Shown here in pieces: positions 27,953 through 34,388 of a stretch of DNA of 64,000 nucleotides. Origin of the DNA: a virus (Duplodnaviria > Caudoviricetes); the IMG/VR virus record IMGVR_UViG_3300031555_002578. One strand, given 5' to 3'. Position 1 is the stretch's first letter; every line of letters begins with the position of its first letter. Below the pieces are notes generated by a model. It was not told the DNA's origin and made no database searches. It saw only the letters and a program-made list of their open reading frames with translations. A program made the translations under genes and the position numbers.

Positions 27953-28247
27953 TAAAAACCTTGAATTTTCCGTATTTTTCAAGGCTTTTTCATAGGAAAA
28001 AAGGGGTTTTGCAACCCCTGTATTTTCTATGATAAAATCAGACCAAAATGGATTTTTAAGCATAAATCCGTAAAACTGCCGACTTACTTTTTCAGTCGCT
28101 TTTTTTGCTCTTGCCTGCCTGCCCCTGCCGACACCCTTCAAAGTTACTTTGAAGCCGTCATTCACTCACAGCCATTCTACAGGGACAAGTCAACCTGTAG
28201 TCGGTACTGATAAGGGATACCATTCCCGTAAGGGACTGCCCCTTACA
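27953..28247 (-). ncRNA. ~300-nt multi-hairpin leader / ncRNA
   Basis: Eight consecutive hairpins, GC-richer than flanks, immediately downstream of promoter 28254-28282. Confidence 0.6.
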
Positions 28248-28480
28248 CTTGATATGTTACTACAAGTCACAACGAAAAACAAGTACTTTTTAAGGATTTC
28301 ATTTATGTTTGTGCAAAATTACTTGAAATTCATTGTTTTTATATGTTTTTTGACCGTATTTTATACAATTTGCACAAAAACAGACTGAAATATATTTCAG
28401 TAAATGAACAAAAAAGTTTTGTATTTCTAAACTTTTTGTTTAATATATTAAAATCAGACCATAAAAAAGCCAAAAAACGG

Positions 28481-28651
28481 GAACACTTGTTTGCTTAATG
28501 CGAAAAAATATTCGTATAAATTAGCGAAAATTTTACATTGTGTTCGCTTTTGTTCGCCTTTTTTGAGTGAAAAAATGCTTAAATGAATAAAATTTTATTT
28601 ATTTATTGAAATATATTTTATTATCATTTTTGAGAATACGAATATATGTTC
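28481..28651. promoter_or_regulatory. two LexA (Cheo/SOS)-box-like sites
   Basis: GAACACTTGTTT 28481-28492; GAATATATGTTC 28640-28651. Confidence 0.45.
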
Positions 28652-28708
28652 TTTTTTTGCTGAAAATACCTCTTTTGTACTTGTATCACGCACATTTGTC
28701 TATGTATG

Positions 28709-28830
28709 GAAATACACCCTTCTCAGGCGTTTACAGGCGTTTACAGGCGTTTTTCGTATCTATGATAGAATAAATCAAGTTATGGTATAAATACGCTTAA
28801 ATAGGCGTATACGGCTTTATAACGGTATTC
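28709..28830. repeat. long imperfect inverted repeat (sso/ssi-like), copy 1
   Basis: (CAGGCGTTTA)x3-type repeat facing ACGCTTAAATAGGCGTATACGGCT. Confidence 0.5.
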
Positions 28831-28985
28831 TATGCTTTTTTCTGTATTATCTGCGGAAAATAGGCAAGGCAAGGAAACTGAAAAATAATTCACTCTTTTT
28901 TATGTTAGAATGAAATATATTTTAGTATATTACTTGAATAAACAATATTTTATTGATTGAATTATAATTCAGTCGCAGGTCGTAC

Positions 28986-29117
28986 ACTTTAGCGGAATAA
29001 AGTAACATATAAAACATATAGGAATTTAATACTTTGCAGTGATAAAGTAACCTACTTTGCAAATAGGATTTATTGTATTTTACTTGAGTAAAGTATCCTA
29101 GTGTTTTAGTATGTTAT
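28986..29117. repeat. three tandem ~45-bp composite repeats
   Basis: YTTTR-N6-TAAAG followed by CCTA-N10-TAGG-like box at 28986, 29031, 29077. Confidence 0.7.
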
Positions 29118-29345
29118 ACAAATTGCACAAAACATACTACCCTACTATGTTTTTGTTTATTTTGTATAGAATTTCAAATAAAATTGATATATATAAGGTA
29201 AAACTGAAATATTGCACAATTTATCATTTTTGAGAATTTTTTATAGTGCATATTGCATAATAACTTTACACTATTTTTTGTGCATATTGCAATATAGCAA
29301 CGGAAATTGTGCCTAATTTTAGACTGATTTTTGCCCTATTTTTTG

Positions 29346-29440
29346 ACGCCCCTTTGTACGGCGTTTTCTAAACTTATTTGATATGTTTATCAATCATATA
29401 AAAAAACGCTTAGACGGGCGTATACGGGCTTGTGGGGCGT
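29346..29440. repeat. long imperfect inverted repeat (sso/ssi-like), copy 2
   Basis: Nested stems ACGCCCC/GGGGCGT, GCGTTTT/AAAACGC, TTGATA/TATCAA. Confidence 0.55.
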
Positions 29441-29603
29441 GTGGTTTACCATAATTTTATATTTTACGGATATTCTCATTTTTGAGAAAATAAAGGAAAA
29501 TACTGTATACATGATAGAATTTTGATGCATCATGTGGTATTTGATACTATGTTATATGATATAATAATATGTGATATAGTTTTGAATACTACATATATGC
29601 TAC

Positions 29604-29873
29604 TATTCATATTATTTTAATAGGATTATATCATTGTATTCATATTCTAATTATAGGAATTGATAGTATAGTTTTCTGATAGGATTTATAATGAATAGTA
29701 AAATTGTAGGATATAAAAATAAAGCCTATCGGAATTATAGGCATTGAGAAGTATTCATAGATGCATTGTAGGAGTTAACTGTGGATAACTTTTATACCCT
29801 ACTGTATTTATAGGAATACTAGCCTGTGGATAAATTGTGGATAACTTTATTCATAGTAGAATTGTGGGGAATT
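29604..29873 (+). repeat. eight near-tandem 26-bp degenerate repeats (CymR/IscR-like boxes or iterons)
   Basis: Consensus WATNCMTANTNWWWTWRTAGGAWT at 29604, 29637, 29663, 29690, 29721, 29752, 29794, 29848. Confidence 0.75.
29780..29844 (-). promoter_or_regulatory. three perfect DnaA boxes (candidate replication origin)
   Basis: TGTGGATAA (= TTATCCACA) at 29780, 29825, 29836, at the gene-orientation switch. Confidence 0.75.
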
Positions 29874-30526
29874 ATCATTTTTGAGAATAATTTGATTTTC
29901 AAATTTATGTCGAAAATCTATCAATTAGCAGAAAATATAAATTTTATCTATAGATTTTTGCCCCTGTTTTTGTCCTTGTGTTATATACAGATGTGTTTAT
30001 ACAGAGGACACAAAACGGGGTCTGGTATAATCCCCACTATTTTAATAGGATATAATATACCAGAAATCTAGTGTCCTTGCCACAAAAACAAATGTCCACA
30101 GGTTGCACTTTCCCCAGAATTGCAATTACTTTGACACTGTATCACTTTACTTGACTAAAGCATGGGGGTACTTTAACATTTTAACGCACTAAAGCGTGTC
30201 CCACGGCACACAGAGCAACTCTATCTACACACCAAAGAAATTTTTACCTTAAATTTTTCACCACACGAATCTATTCACGATTTACTCCCCTATCCCCTAC
30301 TCCAAAAATGAAAATTTTATTTCAAAATACTCCCCTACTCTCCATTGGGTTTTCAATTTACTCCCAAAAACACCCCTCCCCTATCGTAAATTTAACGATA
30401 ATATTGTAATATTTTTTATAAAAAAATTCAATTTAATACAAATAAATCCTATTTTAAATCAAAAATGTAAAAATTTTATCTATTCTATATTTTTTAAATC
30501 TGCGTTCCTAAAACCAAAATATCAAC

Positions 30527-30555
30527 TTGCCAAAACCCCTCCCCTACCCTATAAT
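30527..30555 (+). promoter_or_regulatory. SigA-type promoter of DUF3825 gene
   Basis: TTGCCA-17-TATAAT. Confidence 0.7.
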
Positions 30556-30580
30556 ATACATTAAGAAAGGAGATGTTTTT

Positions 30581-31321
30581 ATGGAAATATACGATTATAT
30601 TTATTGGGGAGACTATAATAAACGTATGGATGAATTGGCAACTTTAACTAATGAAGAATGGAATTATGGCACACGCACAGATAATCATATTTTAAAAAAA
30701 TATATGAGACACACATATTGGAAATTAGAAGAAGAAGGTAAAGTAATTCGCACTGATTCTTATACTATTTTTAACACAGGTCTTTTCACTTCAATTTATG
30801 AACCAATTTATGTTTTAGCAAATAAAGCATCAGAAGGATATACAAGTGATTGGATATTTGCAGGATTTTATACTGAGTATGAACTTGGACATATTGGTAT
30901 TTATGAACTACCAGAAAGAGCAAATTATTTCCAAGACCCTTCCCTTCTTATTTTTGACCCAAATTGCAAAATTAACGTTCAATATAAACATATCCTTGAA
31001 GATGAAGATAATAAACGTAGACTAGAAGAAATTTTAGGAGAAAATCAAAATATTATCTCTTTGCTTCGTGGAGAAATAGAAATGATGAAGTTAAAAGTTT
31101 CTGCAAATTATAAATTAGCAGTGCCACAATATTTTAATGGCAAGATTCAACTTCTTCTTCCTCTTTGTTTAAATGATGGTGTTACACCAGACCTTGCTCT
31201 TGTAGTAACAAAAAATGATAGTGGTAATTTTTATCAAGGACATACTTGTTTAACTATTGACATGGCTTATAGTAATGCAAGATTAATAGCCAAACCTACA
31301 ACTAATTGGCTATTATTATAA
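30581..31321 (+). CDS. DUF3825 domain protein
   Basis: FNTGL, LAVPQYF.GKIQLLLPLCL, DLALVV, TCLTIDMAYSNARLI; AAAGGAG SD before ATG 30581. Confidence 0.85.
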   Translation: MEIYDYIYWGDYNKRMDELATLTNEEWNYGTRTDNHILKKYMRHTYWKLEEEGKVIRTDSYTIFNTGLFTSIYEPIYVLANKASEGYTSDWIFAGFYTEYELGHIGIYELPERANYFQDPSLLIFDPNCKINVQYKHILEDEDNKRRLEEILGENQNIISLLRGEIEMMKLKVSANYKLAVPQYFNGKIQLLLPLCLNDGVTPDLALVVTKNDSGNFYQGHTCLTIDMAYSNARLIAKPTTNWLLL

Positions 31322-31354
31322 CTGCAACAACAAAAAAAATAAAATTTAATATTT

Positions 31355-31395
31355 AGATGAAAAAGTGCTGTCGCAAGATGGCACTTTTTTCATCT
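31355..31395 (+). terminator. intrinsic terminator
   Basis: AAAAGTGCTGTC-GCAA-GATGGCACTTTTTT. Confidence 0.75.
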
Positions 31396-31463
31396 CCTAA
31401 TTAGGTGCAAATTTTTATAAAAAGTAGAAATATAAAAGAAAAAATATTTAAGGAGTTGTTAAT

Positions 31464-31922
31464 ATGATTTATGTTTCTAAATATGCCCTTGGAGATGAAT
31501 TTACAATAGAACATCTTAAATTGACAGGGTATGATTACATTCCAGAAAATATTAAATGTTATGTATCTCACATTGTTGCACTAGAAACCAATTATATAAT
31601 TCAATTATCTGTAGCAAAAGATTATCTTGAATATAAAAAAGATGATTTTTTAATGCACATTTATTATTGTATAGAAGATTATTATAAAGAGCCAGAATTT
31701 GCACAAACTTATCCTACTTATTTAGAGATACAAGATGTAATTGTAGATTCTTTTACTAAGCGTTGGTTTAAATTAGAATCAATAGAAGTTGATTATAAAA
31801 ATGGTATTAAATATTGGTTTAAATCTTCTGATGAAAAAGAAATAGAATATAAAGAAGAAAAAATAAAATTTTATATAAAAAATGGAATATTCAAATTAAT
31901 AAGATTTAAAAATGAAAAATAA
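31464..31922 (+). CDS. hypothetical protein
   Basis: AAGGAG SD. Confidence 0.75.
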   Translation: MIYVSKYALGDEFTIEHLKLTGYDYIPENIKCYVSHIVALETNYIIQLSVAKDYLEYKKDDFLMHIYYCIEDYYKEPEFAQTYPTYLEIQDVIVDSFTKRWFKLESIEVDYKNGIKYWFKSSDEKEIEYKEEKIKFYIKNGIFKLIRFKNEK

Positions 31923-32018
31923 AAAACAAAAATAAAGGAAAAACTTAATTTTGCATCAAAATCGTATATATATTATATTTTATCTTTTATAGGTGTCTAT
32001 ATTATTAGTGTACACTTT

Positions 32019-32097
32019 ACTATACTTTTGTATAGTCAACTGAACCACCCCCCGTTCAGCACACTATACTTTTGTCCCATGAACTGAACCACCCCCC
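32019..32097 (+). repeat. two direct repeats at 44-bp period upstream of wHTH gene
   Basis: ACTATACTTTTGT-N6-AACTGAACCACCCCCC at 32019 and 32063. Confidence 0.85.
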
Positions 32098-32128
32098 ATT
32101 TTCATAAAAATTAAAAGGAGAGATTATT

Positions 32129-32887
32129 ATTAAAAAACAATATTTTACAAAAGTTCCAAATAGCTATATTCAATGCAATATTAAAAACAAATTTGGCATA
32201 AGTAGAAAATTTTATATTACCTATATTTTGATTGACAGATATCGTTCTTATGAAGATTTTAGTTGGGTAACAATTAAAAAAATTATGGAATTCTATGGAT
32301 ATAAAGCAAATAAGAATAAGCCAAAAACATTTAATGAGATATTAGATATTTTAGAATATATGATTAATAATGAAATGATTGAGGTTGCCCAAGATTTAGA
32401 TAGTTTATCTTATGATACTGGAATTGAAATTAAAATAAATGCCAAAAATTTTGATTGCCCTGAGAGATTTACAAAATTAGAATCTTATCAGTTAGACCAC
32501 ATTCTTACAGCAGAAACATCTTTAAATAAAGAAAATATATTAATGGCATTTCTTTACATTTCTTCTTATATTGGATGCAGAAAAAGAAATGAAGATGGCT
32601 CTGAATTAGAAAACCCACAAAATAATCCAGAAGCATTTTGGAAAAGCATCAATAATATGGCAAAAGATTTGGGTATGTCTAAATCTACAATATATCAATG
32701 TATTGATTATCTTACTACATACAATAATGATACTCCCCCACTTTTAATTAAACATAATATTTCTGAATTTAATAATGAAGAAAATTTAACTGGACTTCCT
32801 TCTATTTATGTTCTAAACAAAAAAGGATATGAAAATGAAATTAAATGGGCTATTAACAAAATGAAAGAAATTTACGATATTAAATAA
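32129..32887 (+). CDS. winged-helix DNA-binding protein (replication-initiator-like), probable ATT start
   Basis: AAGGAG SD then in-frame ATT; N-terminal FTKVPN; EAFWKSINNMAKDLGMSKSTIYQCIDYL HTH. Confidence 0.7.
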   Translation: MKKQYFTKVPNSYIQCNIKNKFGISRKFYITYILIDRYRSYEDFSWVTIKKIMEFYGYKANKNKPKTFNEILDILEYMINNEMIEVAQDLDSLSYDTGIEIKINAKNFDCPERFTKLESYQLDHILTAETSLNKENILMAFLYISSYIGCRKRNEDGSELENPQNNPEAFWKSINNMAKDLGMSKSTIYQCIDYLTTYNNDTPPLLIKHNISEFNNEENLTGLPSIYVLNKKGYENEIKWAINKMKEIYDIK

Positions 32888-32986
32888 TGGGAGCAAGTTT
32901 ATATTCTTCTATCGAAATATTAAATAGGAATACGATTCACCTCATTTAGTATTTCAAATTTTTAAATATAAAGGAGAATATAAAAA

Positions 32987-33199
32987 TTGAAAAATAGTTT
33001 AATTAAATATGGGCATGATAGCCGATGTTTTTGTGGATACATATATGAAGCAGATTTTTGTACAGACCATCCTCCAAAACATAAAGTTAATGAAGGTTCT
33101 AAAATTGCACAAAGAATAGAATCTAATTGGAAGTTTGATAGAGAATGCAATAAGTCTGCAAAAAATAGAGAATTTAAAAAGGTTGTGGATAACGCATGA
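32987..33199 (+). CDS. hypothetical protein
   Basis: AAGGAG SD, TTG start. Confidence 0.65.
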   Translation: MKNSLIKYGHDSRCFCGYIYEADFCTDHPPKHKVNEGSKIAQRIESNWKFDRECNKSAKNREFKKVVDNA

Positions 33200-33606
33200 C
33201 CTTTACAAAGAATGATTACAAATTTTTTAAAAAAGCAAAACAAGTAGCCACGGTTTCTGATTTTAATAAAGTACACATAGGTTGCGTTGCTGTATATCGG
33301 GGACAAGTTATAGGTATTGGATGCAATACAAATAAAACGCATCCATATCAGGCTAAATATAATAAATTAAGAGATGATATTTGGACAGAGCATAAGGCTC
33401 ATGCTGAAATTGCCTGTTTGAATCAAATAAAACACATGGATATTAAATGGTCTAAAGTAAAATTATACATATTTAGGACAAGATATGATAAACCTTATGG
33501 AATGTGTAGACCGTGTTCTGCTTGTATGGGGGCTATAAAAGACATTGGTATTAAAAATATTTATTATACAACAGATAATGGTTATGTTTATGAGGAAATT
33601 ATTTAG
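33196..33606 (+). CDS. cytidine/deoxycytidylate deaminase-family protein
   Basis: HAE and RPCSAC zinc motifs. Confidence 0.85.
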   Translation: MTFTKNDYKFFKKAKQVATVSDFNKVHIGCVAVYRGQVIGIGCNTNKTHPYQAKYNKLRDDIWTEHKAHAEIACLNQIKHMDIKWSKVKLYIFRTRYDKPYGMCRPCSACMGAIKDIGIKNIYYTTDNGYVYEEII

Positions 33607-33617
33607 GAGAAATTATT

Positions 33618-33959
33618 ATGAATAATATTTTTAATTTGCATGAATTTATTACGGTAATGAAAAGTTGGGAACAAATTGAACGATTTAAAGAAGAATTATA
33701 TACATATAGAAAAAATATAGATGATTTTGAATTTTCTTTTCCTACTTTAGAATATCAATTAAAATTTGCATTAGAGAAAATGTTTTGTGATGATTCAAAT
33801 TTAAGTTGGATTGAATATTTTGTTTATGATTTAGATTTTGGCACGAAGTATGAAGATGGTATGATTAAAGATGGTGATGGCAATATTATTAAACTTGCTA
33901 CTATTGAAGATTTGTATAATTTACTAATTAAGGAGATTGAAGAAAATGGCAAATTATAA
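33618..33959 (+). CDS. hypothetical phage protein
   Basis: AGGAG SD; WIEYFVYDLDFG motif. Confidence 0.8.
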   Translation: MNNIFNLHEFITVMKSWEQIERFKEELYTYRKNIDDFEFSFPTLEYQLKFALEKMFCDDSNLSWIEYFVYDLDFGTKYEDGMIKDGDGNIIKLATIEDLYNLLIKEIEENGKL

Positions 33960-34242
33960 TATTCCTTTAGAAGAACAGGAAACAGTTATTCATTTTATGC
34001 GTGGAGAAGATTTTGCTACTATTTCTACAACTGATAGTACAATGATTACTAAAATGACTAAATTATGTGACAATAATCCAGATATGTATAAAGTTATTAA
34101 TGAAGATGGTGCTTCAAAAATATATCGTTGTTACGATAAATCTATGGTTAGTCTAAGACAGAAAAAACGTGAAGTAACAGAAGAACAAAGAAAAGCCGCA
34201 GGTGAACGCATGAGGAAATATCAAGCAAGTAAAAATACATAA
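33946..34242 (+). CDS. conserved hypothetical protein
   Basis: AAGGAG SD; EQETVI...TEEQRKAAGERM motif. Confidence 0.75.
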   Translation: MANYNIPLEEQETVIHFMRGEDFATISTTDSTMITKMTKLCDNNPDMYKVINEDGASKIYRCYDKSMVSLRQKKREVTEEQRKAAGERMRKYQASKNT

Positions 34243-34388
34243 TGCGTTGTTTTATGCCAAATTTTAAAGATAGACTATTGTATAGAATTGATATATTATA
34301 TCGGTTTATTAATTTATCATCTAAAATGATATGTTTTCTATTCAATAGTCTATCTTTGATTATTAATATTAAAATGGAGGTGTTTCTA

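Larger units (their letters stand above)
894..28282 (-). promoter_or_regulatory. array of ~25 leftward SigA-type early promoters (TTGACA-17bp-TATAAT-like)
   Basis: -10/-35 spans on + coordinates, all with 17-bp spacer: 894-922, 1246-1274, 3390-3418, 4596-4624, 6681-6709, 8005-8033, 10479-10507, 12264-12292, 12944-12972, 13315-13343, 14468-14496, 15065-15093, 15841-15869, 16338-16366, 16810-16838, 17843-17871, 18521-18549, 19917-19945, 20994-21022, 21687-21715, 22979-23007, 23503-23531, 24412-24440, 24912-24940, 28254-28282; many have extended -10 TG and A-rich UP elements. Confidence 0.9.
28384..28973. promoter_or_regulatory. cluster of ARG-box-like 18-bp palindromes
   Basis: 28384-28401, 28582-28599, 28605-28622, 28877-28894, 28909-28926, 28956-28973. 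Confidence 0.5.
28624..29887. repeat. four exact TCATTTTTGAGAA repeats
   Basis: 28624, 29224, 29476, 29875. Confidence 0.85.

Noticed and set aside
27905-28165. 86-aa ORF in the track
   Set aside because: No convincing SD and coincides with dense RNA hairpins; better explained as structured RNA, though not excluded
28986-29873. Repeat arrays as a CRISPR or guide-RNA array
   Set aside because: Repeats are degenerate, abutting and lack unique spacers of constant length; no cas or RT genes in the window
28149-30071. ORFs 28149-28388 and 29826-30071 in the intergenic region
   Set aside because: No SD, atypical composition, and overlap with the repeat motifs
30059-30074. NrdR box-like ACCAGAAATCTAGTGT
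   Set aside because: Only a partial match and no clear tandem partner
33184-33192. Isolated DnaA box TGTGGATAA
   Set aside because: Single copy inside coding sequence; expected by chance
34242-34388. N-terminal 49-aa extension of the RNAP in the ORF track
   Set aside because: Non-protein-like sequence; a strong SD lies at 34376-34382 instead
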